A DNA stretch of 64,000 bases, taken from Octopus vulgaris. Lineage: Eukaryota. Below the pieces are notes generated by a model. It was not told where the DNA came from and made no database searches. It saw only the letters and a program-made list of their open reading frames with translations. The DNA lies in contig OX597836.1 in assembly GCA_951406725.2 (NCBI GenBank), positions 5,022,001 through 5,086,000 on the forward strand, written 5' to 3'. The position numbers and the translations under genes are program-made. Positions 1-13,660 of the stretch are shown piece after piece. The number at the start of each line of letters is the position of its first letter. The stretch's first letter is position 1.

Positions 1-460
1 AGGGGGGAGAGGAGAGGGAGCGGAGAAGACGATGGGGAGGAAATAATTGTTGTGAAGGTGGTGGTGATGTTGCTGGAAAAGTACATGAAGGGAGGGGGGT
101 AAGGGCGACGGCGGCGGCGTAGGTTGCCGGCGGTGGTGGAGATATGTATATTTTGATAGTGTGGGAAGTGATGGTAGATTTTATAATTGGTGCTGATAAT
201 GACGGATTTAGGTACGGGCGGCGGCGGCGGCGGCGGTGGCGGTGGTGGGGGTGGTAATGGTAGTAGGGGTGGTGGTAGGTGATTTGGGTGGGTGTAGTAG
301 AGTTCGTGGTAATGGCTGTAGTGATGGAGATGGTCTTGTAGTGGTACTACTATTAATTCTAGTAGTGGTGGTGGTGGTGGTGATGGAGGTAGTTGTAGAA
401 GTAGTAGAGATGGTGGTGGTGGTGGTAGTAGTAGAAGTACCAGTGGTAGTAGTAGGGGTG

Positions 461-507
<47 letters not shown>

Positions 508-1536
508 GAGGAGGAGGAGGTGTAGGAGGAGGAATGGTTTTTGTGTTGATGATGTTGATGGTGGTGAAGGTGGTGGTAGTAATGGTAGTTATAATGTTAG
601 TAGTAGTAGCAGTGTTAGTAGTGTTAGTAGTTGTAGTGTTAGTGTTAGTAGTAGTAGTAGCAGTAGTTGTTGTTGTTAGTAGTAGTAGTAATTGCAATGG
701 CTGTATGGTGCTGTAGTATAGGCTGGTGGTGGTGGTACTGATGATGGTAGAGGAGATTGTGACAGCGGTGGTGCAAGCGAATGGTAGCGTTGGTGTAGGT
801 GGTAGTGGCCGTTAATGAGTGATGTCGATAATGAGGAATGTTAGTGATTGTGGGCGCGGTGGTGTTGGTATTCGTTATAAACGTATTGGAGTGACGGTAG
901 AGATGGCGGTGGTGGTGGTGGTGGTGGTTGTGGTAGTGGTGTAGGAAGCGGTAATGATGGTGGTGGTGGTGGTGGGATCATGGTATAGGAATGGGTGATG
1001 ATAGTAGCGATGATGATGGTGGTGGTCGTGGCTGTCATGTAGGTCTTGGTTTTGATGCTGGTGATGTGGCTGACGATAATACTTTTAGTGAATGCAGGTG
1101 TGGTGTTGATGGAGTTTGTAGTACAGGTGATAGTATAGTTCATAGTGATGCTGGTGTTTGTGTGTTGTGGCGGTGCTGGTGATCGTAATTGTGGTCGTAG
1201 TGGTGGTGCTGGAAGCGAACAGTTTGTCAACGGTACTAATGACAGAAAACATGTTGTGGTGTTAATGGTGCCATCGCTTTGGTGGTAGTACAGGTGGTGT
1301 TGGTGGTCGGGGTGGTGGACGTGGCTTTGGTGGGGATGTTGATGTTGCTTTGCGGTAGTGAGTGGGGGAGCGTTTTTAAGATTTGTATTTGTAGAAAGAT
1401 GTCTCTTTCGTTGATACCATTTTGGTGAACAAATCTTTCTCGGTGGGCAATTTTCGGGATCTGTTTCGGTTCATGCACGAATGCTCTGTCATCCACCTCC
1501 TTCTAATCATCATCATTATCATCCTCATCCTCCTCC

Positions 1537-1568
<32 letters not shown>

Positions 1569-1870
1569 GTCATCGTCATCATCATCATCATCATCATCAT
1601 TCTCGCTATCATCATCATCGTCGTTGATGTCGTCGTCGTCATGAATAGCATCATCGTCTTCATCGTCGACGACATCATGACCATTGTCATCCTCACAGTC
1701 ATCGCCATTGTCATTGCCCTCTCCTCCTCCTCCTTCTCCTTCTCCTCCTCCTCATCCTCCTCATCCTCCTTCAATCTTCTTCGTCATTATCATTGTCGTC
1801 GCTGTCGTTGTCTCATCGTTGACTTGTCGTTGTCCTCCTCTTCGTCGATGTCATCCACTCATCATCTCAT
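1..1870. repeat. Degenerate trinucleotide low-complexity region ((GGT)n/(GTA)n, then (CAT)n/(CCT)n)
   Basis: Imperfect GGT/GTA/GAT runs to about 1340 and CAT/CCT/CGT runs at 1500-1870; ORFs are homopolymeric and in discontinuous frames. Confidence 0.9.
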
Positions 1871-2095
1871 GAAGGCATATGCTAATACATGGCTTCTGAT
1901 TGGTTATTGCGTTGGTCTAGCTTTAGCTATGGTTTCTGTGGCGACCATATCGTTTCCTTTATTTAACGGACTTAATTATTTGCTAATGGTCATAATAGAA
2001 GAGTTGCTCAGATCACTCTAAATGCTCGTACCGGTAGTTCTGATAGAAATGTTAGTTTTAGTATTTTTGATGTAACTAAGGATGTCAATAGTTTT

Positions 2096-2740
2096 GCGAG
2101 GGCTGGCAGAATATTTAGAATTCGGGGCAAAAGGTTTAGCGGCATTTTGATCGTCTCTACCCTCTGAGTTCAAATTCTGCTGTGGTCGAATTTGCCTTTT
2201 ATCTTCTGGGGTCCGTTAAAATAAATACCAGTTGAACACTGGTGTAATTGGAATCGACTTACTCCATCCATCAACATTGCTGGACTCGTGCCAAAATTCG
2301 AAATATTGTCGAGGACTCTGGCATTTCGTCCGTCATTAAGTTCTGAGTTCTGAGGTCGAATTGCTTTTCATCCTATCAGGGTCGATAAACTAAGTACCAG
2401 TTACGCACCGAATTTCAGGTCTTCTGCCTATAGTAGAAAAGATTGCGTTCTAAGTTCAAATTCCGTCAGGGTCGACTTTGGTTTTCATCTTTTCGGGGTC
2501 GATAAAATACGTACCTTTTGAACGATGGCACGTTGTAATTGACTTACCTGCTTACCACGAGGTTGCTGGCCTTGGGTCAAAATTTGAAACGAATATTGTT
2601 GGGGAGGTTGGCTAAATTGTTAGCACGCCAAGTAAAATGCTTCGCGGCTTTTCGTAGGGTTTTTTTTTTTTTGTTTTAAATTTCTGAGTTCGAATCCCGA
2701 CAATTTCCAACACATCATTCATCCTTCCAAGGTCGAAATA
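2096..2740 (+). mobile_element. Tandem cluster of about 4 decayed SINE type A fragments
   Basis: Repeated variants of ttctgagttcaaat..gtcgactttgcctttcatcc..gggtcgataaa at about 2160, 2340, 2450 and 2680; heads gctggcagaa at 2102 and a degenerate one near 2605. Confidence 0.8.
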
Positions 2741-2859
2741 GTAATTAACACTCAATTTCTTCATCTAATGCACTTTACATACACTGCCCTAAAAAAATTG
2801 CTATCTCGATGCCATAATTTGACGACAGAATCGTCGTGTGTGTGTGTGGGGAGGTAGCA

Positions 2860-3370
2860 TTTCAGTGGTTGGGGTGGGTTTGGTGTCGGTGTTGGTCATG
2901 TGGTTTTGCAAACGTCGCTTTTGGTTGTGATAATGTTGGTCTTCGTGGTGAAGCCATTTTGTGTTGTTGATGCTGTACAACACACGATTGGGTGTTGATT
3001 TCATTCATATCGTTGGTGGTGATGTTGGTGGCAATTGTGGTGGTGGTGGTGGTGGTGGTGGTGGTGTCGATGGTATTGGGGTGTCGATTGTGTTGGTAGT
3101 GGCGATGGTGTTGGTGGTGCCGTTGGTGTTGTTGGTGGTGATGGTGATGGTGGTGGCTATAGTTTTGGTGGTTGTGATGGTGGTGGTGATTGGGGTAGTG
3201 GTGGTGTTGGAGGTGGTGTTGATGGTGATGTTGGTGGAGTTGGTGTTGGCGATGTTGTTGTTGATGGTGGTGTTGATAATGGTGGTGGTGGTAGTGGTGC
3301 TGGTGGTAGTGGTGGTGGTTGGTGGTGGTGGTGGTGGTGGTGGTAGTGGTAGTGGTGATGGTGTTGGCGT
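2860..3370. repeat. Degenerate (GGT/GTT/GAT)n low-complexity tract
   Basis: Imperfect trinucleotide repeat; ORFs are poly-H/T/V/G. Confidence 0.9.
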
Positions 3371-4478
3371 TGCTATTTAACATCAGAGCAACCTGTTTGT
3401 TTAAACCCATACCGGAAAGAAAAAAAAACATTTATGCCGTTATCATTCCATCATACTTTATCGATGTTGCTTTTACCGCTGCGGTTCTTGCTACCCTTGC
3501 TCCTGTTGCTGCTGCTGCTGCAGCTGTTGTTATTGAGAATTTATCTACGACAAACATTATCTAAAATTTCCCAACATTCTGTAACAATAAAGGATTATTC
3601 AAGAGACATGTGGCACCATTTTCTTATAAAGCTCAGTAACCACGTTCGCACCTGACTGGTTTGTATTTGGATTTATTTTTACAACGCCGTTCTCCTTATT
3701 TCTTAATACCAGTCCTCAACACACCTGAATTACCATTATTCTAGCCGAGACCATTTCATCGTAGAATTTCTCTAGATATACTATATAAAATTCGACTCCT
3801 CGTTTTAGAGAAACCTGGTTGCCAATTCCGTTTCTATCCAATCAGTGTGTGCTGCCTTTTTTAAAACGTTAGCGAATAACTCGAAGGAAATCTCGTGGGT
3901 ATTTTCAGCAGGTCTGTGGACTACAGAGAGTTTCGTTTCTCATTTGCTTATTATCGTTACTATATCAGCCATGCAGTGGCTTCCATTTAGAAGCGAACAG
4001 CAAGCTATAAAAACAATCCATTACATAGACTTTATTGTAAGTGAATGGAGAGAAACAATAACATATCTGGCAACACATCGTGTTACCTAGAACATAAGAT
4101 ATTTAGATATGCCGTAGGCAATGTATTTAGTAATTTGGTAGCGACTAGGCCGAGCTGATACCTGAGAATGGCAGGCTAGTACATGGCTTTGGTAGATAGC
4201 CATATGCTTAGGCATTTACACGAAGAGATAAGGAAACGGAAACACAGAGAGACGGGGAAAATATGCGAGAGATAAGCGAACATATTGGTAAAGGTACAGA
4301 TTTAAAGAGATATAATGGTGTATGAGATAAATGGATAGAAACATGTATAGACTTTATTCTTAAATACAAACGAACACACACATACACACACATGCATATA
4401 TATATATCTATTCATGCATATGCATACGTATATAAGTTTATATATATATACACGTTATACGTGTGCATGTGTGTTACA

Positions 4479-4610
4479 CACTGAGGGAAAGCCACTAAGT
4501 GGTTTTCCATCATGCTAGAAATGGGAGTTAAATACCAAACCAAGAAAAAGATATTCTTAATTTGGCAATTCTAGCGCGATGGAAAACTACTTAGTGTCTT
4601 TCACTTAGTG
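4479..4610. mobile_element. MITE-like element with 42-bp terminal inverted repeats (CACTG/CACTA termini, possibly CMC/EnSpm-derived)
   Basis: 4479-4520 versus reverse complement of 4569-4610: 36/42 identical; TSD not clear. Confidence 0.6.
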
Positions 4611-4754
4611 AATAAAACTTATACACATATATAATAAAATAATATTTGCAGTCTGCGGACACTTTTAGTTACTCTGGCGATAGTAAAAAAATGAATATTT
4701 AATTTTTACCCTATATTTAAAATTATATATATATACATTCTTTTATTTTTTATA

Positions 4755-4758
4755 TATG

Positions 4759-4812
<54 letters not shown>

Positions 4813-4819
4813 AGCTAGC

Positions 4820-4890
<71 letters not shown>

Positions 4891-4904
4891 GTGTGTGTGT
4901 GTGT
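4755..4904. repeat. Compound microsatellite (TA)n(GA)n(GATA)n(GT)n
   Basis: Directly visible. Confidence 0.95.
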
Positions 4905-5269
4905 AGTGATTGGTGAATATTGAAGAACCCGACACACAAATAACCTAGGTGCCATACAAGTGACATGAAACCAAACAAACACATCGAACTGAAAAGAAAC
5001 ATAATCATCCTAAACAGGAATAGAATCATATCATAATGGAAATCTGAAGGCAAATCAATCGCACTCCCATTGGGGCCATTCAATATGGTGCCTAGGCAAT
5101 ATTCCCTCACCTGTTTAGATAAGACGACCTTAACAAATGTGCTTAATTAAAACCTAAAACTCTGCTGCCTTTTCTATGAGATCAGTATTATGTAGCATCC
5201 TGTGTATGGATTCTTTAAAATTATGTGCAATAAACAATGTCCCACTGGAAATTATACAACAGAATCTTT

Positions 5270-5865
5270 TATCTTTCGGGTTTTCCTCGTTTACTTCTTT
5301 TAGTCATTTGACGGAAGCAATGTTTGGGCAGCGCAGCGCCTTGGATAAATTGACTCCAGTAGTTATTTTTTAGTCGTATAAATCGACTCCAGTACTGATT
5401 TTTTAAGACCAGATACTTACTTATTCTATCGGTCACATTTGCCTAACCGTTGTATTTGTTACAAGCACGGAAACAAAACAACATCGGTTGTCAAGCGATG
5501 TTGGAATAGACATATCGCTGTATATTATTTAAGCTTACGTCGATTATGTTATCTTGTTTTGCATTTATAATAAAATAAATATATGCAAATTATAAGAATA
5601 ATGAAAAATACATACCACACAGTACTGTTTCTACTCCACAGATTTTCATCTATCGCGGGGCGTTTTGGAACTTAACACCCGCGATAATCGAGGGATTACT
5701 GTATCCGACAGACCTCCACACATTTTCCGTCTACTGACTTCATTCGTAAAGCATGCATCGGCCTGAGGCTATAGTCAGAAACAATTGCCCAGGTAATTGT
5801 GTAGTGGGCCTGAACTCGGAATCTCAAGGACGTAAATGGCGCTTCTTAACCACAAAACCATGCCT
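5270..5865 (-). mobile_element. Decayed CORE-type SINE type B, split by a DNA-transposon fragment
   Basis: 3' half at about 5270-5510 (ttattctatcggtc..acatcggttgtcaagcgatg); 5' half at about 5712-5865 (tttccgtctac..ttgcccaggt..gtagtgggcctgaactcggaa..ttcttaaccaca). Confidence 0.7.
5520..5703 (-). mobile_element. Tigger/pogo-like non-autonomous element terminus
   Basis: Minus strand begins TA-CAGTAATCCCTCGATTATCGCGGG, with internal inverted tatcgcggg/cccgcgata, like Tc1/mariner-pogo MITE ends. Confidence 0.55.
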
Positions 5866-6019
5866 AAGGCTATATGTATACAGACAACAGTGACATCAAA
5901 ATACCTATAGGAATTAGACAAAAAATTACTTTGAGAACAACGAAAATGATATAAATTGAAATGGTGGAAATAAATCAATAGAACCATCCATAGGCTTAAT
6001 TACCGAGGTTTTAAGTATT

Positions 6020-7078
6020 GCTGGCCTGTGTCACAATCATTGAAGAAAGAAAAGTCAATTATATCGACTGGAATACTTGACAGGCTTTTTACTTCTCATT
6101 GACACATGAAGCATAAAATACATGATTGGTCTCGGCAGGAATTGAACACCGAACATAATGGATCTTAGGTAGACGTAGCAAAATGAATTTTTCTGACGCT
6201 CAAACATTTCATTACGAAACGCTCGACGAAGATTAAAACTGACATCAGACTAATATTGTTTGCTAATTGAATAAAAAACACCAAACTCGGAGAATTGATC
6301 GAATCGACATCATCCGCAAATCGAACAGAGGAATAACAGAGTTAAATTGAGGTTGTGGGAATTCGAACTCGGTAATTTAAACAACCGGAACAAATACCCT
6401 AAGGTATAGTTTTCGGATGACTCAATTTTGTTGGCATCATTGAACTATTAACCTTGTCTATTGCAGGCACATTGTCTGAAATTTGTGGGGAGGGGGATAA
6501 TCGATTACAAGGCCCCCCCAAGAGCTCGAGTGGCACTTATTTCCTCGACCCCGAACGGATAAAAGCAAGGTTACCCTGACACAATTTGTAATCAGATCGT
6601 AAAGACGGACGAAATGCCGCTAAACATTTTGTCACGTGTGCTAACGAGTCTGCCAGCTTACCGCTTCAATGTTCTTAATTTACTCATGTTTAGTAATTCA
6701 TTAAGGGATGGAAGCTTCTCCATGTGATGCACTCCAGTACTTGACTAATTCTATGACTTTACGACACATGAAGAATGATAGATAAGGATAACTCGACGAG
6801 ATTTGAACGCATGATGTAAAGAACTTAACCGAATACGCGAGGTAATCGTTTCTGCTTTGCTTACAGTTCTGTTGGATCACCTTCTTAGAAATATTGGTTT
6901 CAAATTCAATTGGCACAACGATAACAATTTTGGGAAAGACTTAAGCCGATTAGATCGACCCAAATGCTCGACAGGTATTTATTTCATCGACCTCGAAATA
7001 ATAAAATGCGAAGTCGACCACGGCGGAATTTGAGCTCAGAACACAGAGTCGGCTGAAATGCCGCTAAGCTCGTCGCCT
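6020..7078 (-). mobile_element. Cluster of decayed SINE type A copies (clearest at 6455-6665 and 6885-7078)
   Basis: Reverse complement of type A motifs: cgaccccgaacggataaaag, aaagacggacgaaatgccgctaa, tctgccagct, gtcgaccacggcggaatttgagctcagaac. Confidence 0.8.
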
Positions 7079-8059
7079 TATCCAATTTAATTATCAGAAC
7101 TTTAACTTAATAAATTGGAGGTTAATTGATTTAAAGGGCCTAGAAAGGAGCATTAGGTACCTCTTCTTTGTGTTCCAAACTCATGGTTAAGAAACAGACA
7201 AAAGGGATTCTCCCATGTGGGAAAATATGAGACAAATAAACGATTATTAGAAAGTATTCACCCTGAGTTTAGGAAAACAATAATACTTGGAAAGCAATTC
7301 ATATTAAACTGATTAATATATTAAGAGAACATGAAAAAGCAAAAATTCTTTTTCTCTATTTATGAATAAAAGACAAACAATACATTACAAGGTATAAACT
7401 AATTACATAGAGAAAATGGTTTTGATAAGGACAAAACAATAGAAAGGTATGAAAGAACAAATTTACAAACAAACCAAAACCAAATACAAAATAACAACAG
7501 ATTCCGGTGAAATCAAAGTGAAACCCAAACAATAGGAAATAAAACAATAGAGACATAACCCTGTCCATTGTAATTATCCTGCTAGATTGGACACGGAAGA
7601 ACTGAAGCAATATAAAAGGCAACGATCGTTCTAAAGCTCTGATTTAAACGTAGAAACGCTAATGTCTGCGTCTTGCCGAACGAGATCAATCAATGGACAC
7701 CTCCTTCTTTTACAAAACAAAACTACGTAAATAATATAATAGTTTAAACGTCAGTTGCCGACTACTATGCATCGAATAATATAGTAAAACAACCAATCAC
7801 TTCTCCAGAAATACTTTCTAAACTAGTCGTTCTCCATCTTGCTTTTTTTCTTTTCTTTTCTTTTTTTTTGTTCCGTTTCTATTTTCTATTTTGAGTTCGT
7901 GACATGAGATCAAATATATATAAAAGAAAAAAAAATATCACTAATATATTTTTGCATGGAAAGTTCAAAACAATCCTATGCATTTAAAAGTGAGGCCAAA
8001 AAATATATATAGAAAAAAAAGAAGAAATTATTGTTTATCTTGCGTTATTAATCATACAG

Positions 8060-8460
8060 CTGGATGGCAGAATTGTTAAAACGTCGGAAAACAATAATGG
8101 CTTCGTAGTATTTTTTTTCCAGAACCTTACTCTTAGTTCAAATACAGCCGACGTCAGCTCTACATTTTATTCTTACAGCGTCGGTAAAATATAATAGCAG
8201 TCAAGTAAGTGCGATGGATCTATTCGCCCAATTCCGTCGTCTCAAAACTTCTGGCTATGTGCATTAACTGGAAACGAAAGAAAAGTCTGAAAGCTTTGGT
8301 GATCAGGCATATTTCAGCATTTATGCCGATACTTCAGTCTAAGTTCAAATTCAAACTAGATCAACTTTAATCTTTCATCTCTTTGAGTCGATAAAATAAA
8401 ATTTCAGTGAAGCAACAGATTCGATGTTATTAACACCTTTCCAAGAAAATTGCCGGAACT
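8060..8460 (+). mobile_element. Two decayed SINE type A fragments
   Basis: tggcagaattgttaaaacgtcgg head; agttcaaat; ctttcatctctttgagtcgataaaataa. Confidence 0.6.
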
Positions 8461-8499
8461 GAGTTTAAACCACACTAGAGTATAACAAATTTATGAAGA

Positions 8500-8790
8500 A
8501 CACAGTGGGTTTATTTGAAGATGTTTTATCATAAGGATATATTTTGTGAAGCCTTAGAATTATATGCTTCAGAATCCGTGGAAGACCCAGATTCCTATTG
8601 TTGTGTCCAGTTTGATAAATCCTGGTCCACAGATGTAGACGTCTAACCAGAAATGGAACATAAGGCGCCTTCAAATCAGTATCCATTGTCTTAAAAAACA
8701 AAGGACTCCATATATAAATTACACTCTTGGTACTTCTCTGTGAAATTGCGATGCTGAAAGAGAGAACCTATTCGTGTGTAAACAGATGTT
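8500..8790 (-). pseudogene. RTE-clade LINE reverse transcriptase fragment (N-terminal RT motifs)
   Basis: Translates TEKYQECNLY..TDLKAPY..RRLHLW..LGLPRILKHIILRLH, resembling the RTE motif EK..E....VDL.KAFD.V.R..LW..L...G.P....II..LH. Confidence 0.55.
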
Positions 8791-8821
8791 GTCGGGGCAC
8801 CACGTTGTGCTCATTCTTTGT

Positions 8822-9055
8822 GGAGGCGCGTGGGTTGGTTGTTAGGCTGCTGGACTTATAATAGTAAAAAAAGTGGTTTCGATTCCTGGACCGGGTGATG
8901 CGTTGTTTTCTTGAACAAAACACGTGCTCCCCTACAATCACTTGTCAAAGATATGTAATCCTGCGACGGACCAGCGACCTATCTAGGTGGTGGGGAAATA
9001 TATACGCCATGAAACCGGGAAACAGGTCCTTATGAACCTAGCATGGCTCGATAAG
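8822..9055 (+). mobile_element. tRNA-derived SINE type C
   Basis: ggaggcgcgtgg A-box head, gtttcgattcc B-box, gcgttgttttcttgaacaaaacac, body cctgcgacggaccagcg..gaaaccgggaaac; related copies at 38306 and 46704. Confidence 0.75.
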
Positions 9056-9064
9056 TTAAATTTA

Positions 9065-9325
9065 TCTTGTGCCCATTCTCTGGAACTCGGCCGAAACTTT
9101 GCAAATTTCATTCATGACTTACCCAGTTAGGCGAATCTGTCGACTGTATCGATATTTTGCTGATCGATGTTAAGGACTGTTGTTGCTTGACTGATGTCAT
9201 TTGTAACCTCCATTGTTTCGGTTTTCTCCGCTCTGATTCTCAGACTAAACTTTCCTGTATTCTCTTCTACACGTGATATGAGACGTTGCAAGGCTTTATG
9301 ACCTTCAGTGAGCAAAACAGATTAG
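9065..9325 (-). pseudogene. RTE-clade LINE RT fragment (region after YADD)
   Basis: ORF 9127-9315 ALQRLISRVEENTGKFSLRIRAEKTETM..IDTVDRFA*LG, matching LQ.L...V.....GL.I...KT..M...IE.V..F.YLG. Confidence 0.75.
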
Positions 9326-9849
9326 CTAACTCCAGTTTTCTCAGTTTCCTATTCCTATTGGTGGGTAGACGCCGAATGATTAAATAATTCAAAACAGAAA
9401 TGACAAAATAGGTGCAGGACTATCCAAATTTAAGATGAATCTGAATACGGAGCTGAATACGGACAGTTCCTAGAACACCTTAATATTTTCTGAAACGGCC
9501 GTAGGTAGTCAACTTTCATGATATCTCATATCGCTGCACTTTATTTGCAATTTTTATTCTCCCTGAAATACATGTATCTTAAAACGCATACACGTTTCTT
9601 ATGGTTTTATGTCATGTCTTCATAATATATATTCGAATGGAATGTCTTACTCCATTTACATTTTATCATTGTAATTGTTCTTTCTTACTTCAGCTCATTC
9701 AATATATTCATGTGTTTAGGGATCTCAAAGGTACAGGAATGGAACAACGCATTCCGCACAATCCCGTCTTATAAATCACTGGAAGCATGATTTCGTTTAT
9801 TTGCATGTGAATTACTGATAACCGTAATTATTATCTTCTACTAAAAATT

Positions 9850-9889
9850 TTATATGTATGTATGTATTTATAAACACATATGTACGTAA

Positions 9890-9923
<34 letters not shown>

Positions 9924-10027
9924 GTGTGTGTATGTATAATATATGCATATGCGTGTGTATATGTGTATATATACATACAGACGCGTATACATATACGTTC
10001 ATATATAAATATATATATATACATATA

Positions 10028-10086
<59 letters not shown>

Positions 10087-10127
10087 ATATAGGTATATGT
10101 ATGTAGGTATGTATGTATGTATGTATG

Positions 10128-10168
<41 letters not shown>

Positions 10169-10480
10169 TTGAGGTAAAAATATAGTTTTGAAAAGCGATC
10201 GAACTTTGATAGCGGAGACTTGTTTCAAGGCTAGTTAGATCTTTAGCAGATAATGACTATCCAACTGTTGATCTTGGTGTAGAATATATTTATAAAAGTA
10301 TTTCCATCGTTCTTTACTTTTCACTACGAGGCATATGTTTTGAAGGAAAATAATGTTAGCAAATTGCATCATACTTGATACATAAAGAAAACGCTGACTA
10401 ATGCGCCGCTGACAAACATGCCGTCATCCCAATTCACGCACAGCTACCCCACCTCACATGTGTGGATAAATAAATACATA

Positions 10481-10542
<62 letters not shown>

Positions 10543-10593
10543 TGTATACACTTATGTGTGCGTGTGTATGTATATATACATATATATATATAT

Positions 10594-10636
<43 letters not shown>

Positions 10637-11244
10637 TATGTATATATATGTATAGATATATGTCGCATGTATGTGTGTATATATGTATGTATGTATACAA
10701 GATTTTCGTGTATCTACTCGTTGCAAAATGTGTATAAATACATTTACTCAAAATATACAGTCAGCAGTTTGATGTAAACAGTTTTCTAAGGGAAAATCAG
10801 ACAGTTTAGTTTCAGGTGCCCGCCATGTGTTAAGTGCGCTCTCAAAACCATTGCACTGAGCTGACTTTTTCTTTGTTCCCACCCGATTATTCTTACCCGA
10901 CATTAACTTTATAAGTTTGGAAACGAGCTGGATATTTTTGCAAAGCGTTACCTTAGCTGTTAGAATCTTGGTCGAAGATTTTTCTTATGATGGATTACTC
11001 ATTTCACCGTTTAATTATGCATACATATATAAGTGTATATGTACATACATACATACATGCATACATACATACATACATACATGCATGCATACGTATATAT
11101 AATGTGTATATAAAGTTCGCAAATCGATTAAGGTTGTTCATCATATTTTCAGTCTGCGGCAAAATGGCCAAAAATTTACCCTGTTCATAATTTTACAATA
11201 TGCTTTACACACACACACACACCACATACACACACATGTGTGCA

Positions 11245-11329
<85 letters not shown>

Positions 11330-11389
11330 ATATATATATCTATATATGTATATATTGGCTAAACTGGCAAAATGACCATTCCGAAATAT

Positions 11390-11435
<46 letters not shown>

Positions 11436-12459
11436 CCAGTACTAATAAAAGGGTAAACGTAATTAATTAATTAATAATTGATAATTATACCAAGTAATTC
11501 TGTACGTTACAATAACCATTTTAAGTAAAATTATACAGATATTCTATAATTATAAACATAATTATAGAATATTTGTAAATATACATATATATATAGCTTT
11601 TATCCCACATACGAACTTTAGGGATGACCAACTATAGCATTTATTCAACGTACCTATTCGTTTAGATCACCAGTTTTATTTTCTTCACATTCTAATTTTA
11701 GCGCCTGCTTATATTTATAAGTATAGACGTATATGTGTATGTATATGTATATACACACATGTATGTATGTATTTGTGGTATGTGTGCATGTGAATATAAA
11801 TGTTTATATGTATGTATTCATGCATGTGAGTATGTATGCATGTATGTATGTATGTATGTGCACGTGTATGTATGTATGTATGTATGTATGAACAGATCTC
11901 TGTATGTATGTATGTTCATATGTATGTATGTTTGTATGTATGAATGTAGGTTTGACTCACTGAAATGCCTCGTTGTTCCATTTTATAATCTTCTTGGTTT
12001 TTGCTCTCTTCTATTCTTTTTTCCCCATCACCATCCTCGTATTTATTTTACTACGTCATAAAAAAGAAAAAAAATAGCATCTGTAAAGGCAGAGAAATTC
12101 TCTGCGGTTGTGACAAAAATGGCGGTTATAGAGTGGCAGCCATACTGGAAAACATCGGAGACGGGCGTAGGGAAGGGACAGTTCCTAATGTTAAAAATGA
12201 AGCGTGGTTATCGTGTCCATAATAATAAATTAAATTTACTTGAAATGAGATTACTTGACTTATTATGGAGGAGATAAATGCTTTGTGGTAAGTGCAACAC
12301 CTAGATAAAAAAAGGCCACACGCACGGACAGACACACGCACGCGCACACACGTACACACAGACACACGCACACACACACGTACAAATTAGCAGAGACAGT
12401 TTCCGCACTCAAACACATTCACACATATTACATCTGCCTACGCTCACGCAAAGACAAGA

Positions 12460-12499
<40 letters not shown>

Positions 12500-12522
12500 A
12501 TATATATATGTATGTATGTATG

Positions 12523-12570
<48 letters not shown>

Positions 12571-13454
12571 CATATGTATATATATATATATACATATGTA
12601 TATATATATATATATACATACATATATATATTTATATATATATACATACATATGTATATATTTATATATATATGGATGTCGATACGTACATACAAATATA
12701 CATTTACAAAATTTTTAATACGCTCTTATATTGAGCGTACATGTGTGAATTAATAGTAATATACGAGCGTGTGTGGTTGGTGGAGGAGGGGTTGATTTCG
12801 CGTGTACACACGGCCATGACTGGCAGACAAAATATATCACCAGTTTAAAACAAAATACCTTCAAAAGAAGTGGAAAAATTTTGTATAAAGACAAAGATTT
12901 TAGAATGTGAAGATTGAAAACAGATAATACAATAGCAATTCAATGAGTAATAAGAAGAAAAAAAGAAGACAAGTGTGAGATTAATGTATAAGGAAGATCT
13001 TAAACATTGATACATCTACATATAAACAAATAGAATAATTAGGTTCTGGCAATATATTTTATCGTATTTTGCAGGAATATATATGGAAAACAAATACGTT
13101 ATTGGAAGAGGTCTTCAGTTGAATTGATGGCGTATGGGCTGAATAGGTTTGGGAAGTGAATAAAATTGTAGAATTTAGTCGACGCTTATGTGGATATAGA
13201 TGTGTGCATGGCTGTGTGAATAAGAAATTCGCTTGGGAACCATGTTGTTTCGGCTTCTGTCCTATTTGCGTGGCACCACCGTGGGCAAATATCATATACT
13301 ATATTTCTGGGTTGAGCTATTCTGTGTGAATGAATCTTCTGGGAGGAAACCACACAACGTTTACCGTACGTACATACTTGTTTGTGTGCGCGCTGGTGTT
13401 TATACATACATACATACATACATACATACATACATAGACACATACACACACACG

Positions 13455-13503
<49 letters not shown>

Positions 13504-13581
13504 TTAAATAGGTGAATGAATTATCCTATGTTTATCGTCGAGAGTAAAGGAATTTTGTTAACATCTTCGTTCGACTCCATC

Positions 13582-13658
<77 letters not shown>

Positions 13659-13660
13659 TA
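9850..13660. repeat. Multiple (TA)n/(TG)n/(TATG)n microsatellite tracts
   Basis: Tracts at about 9890-10167, 10478-10700, 11035-11100, 11250-11431, 11730-11945, 12462-12672, 13400-13503 and 13588-13655. Confidence 0.95.
11356..11395 (-). repeat. Short (TA)n-associated dispersed repeat end (also at 47383 and 63316)
   Basis: ttggctaaactggcaaaatgaccattccgaaatataacaa is the reverse complement of tgttatatttcggaatggtcatattgccagtttagccaa, with one mismatch. Confidence 0.8.

Noticed and set aside
236-3431. Long ORFs (up to 199 aa) rich in T, H, V, I or G
   Set aside because: They are translations of degenerate trinucleotide repeats on both strands in discontinuous frames, with no recognisable domain; a low-complexity exon cannot be fully excluded without RNA data
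12112-12130. YY1-like AAAATGGCGG motif suggesting a promoter
   Set aside because: Single short motif with no downstream exon or other support
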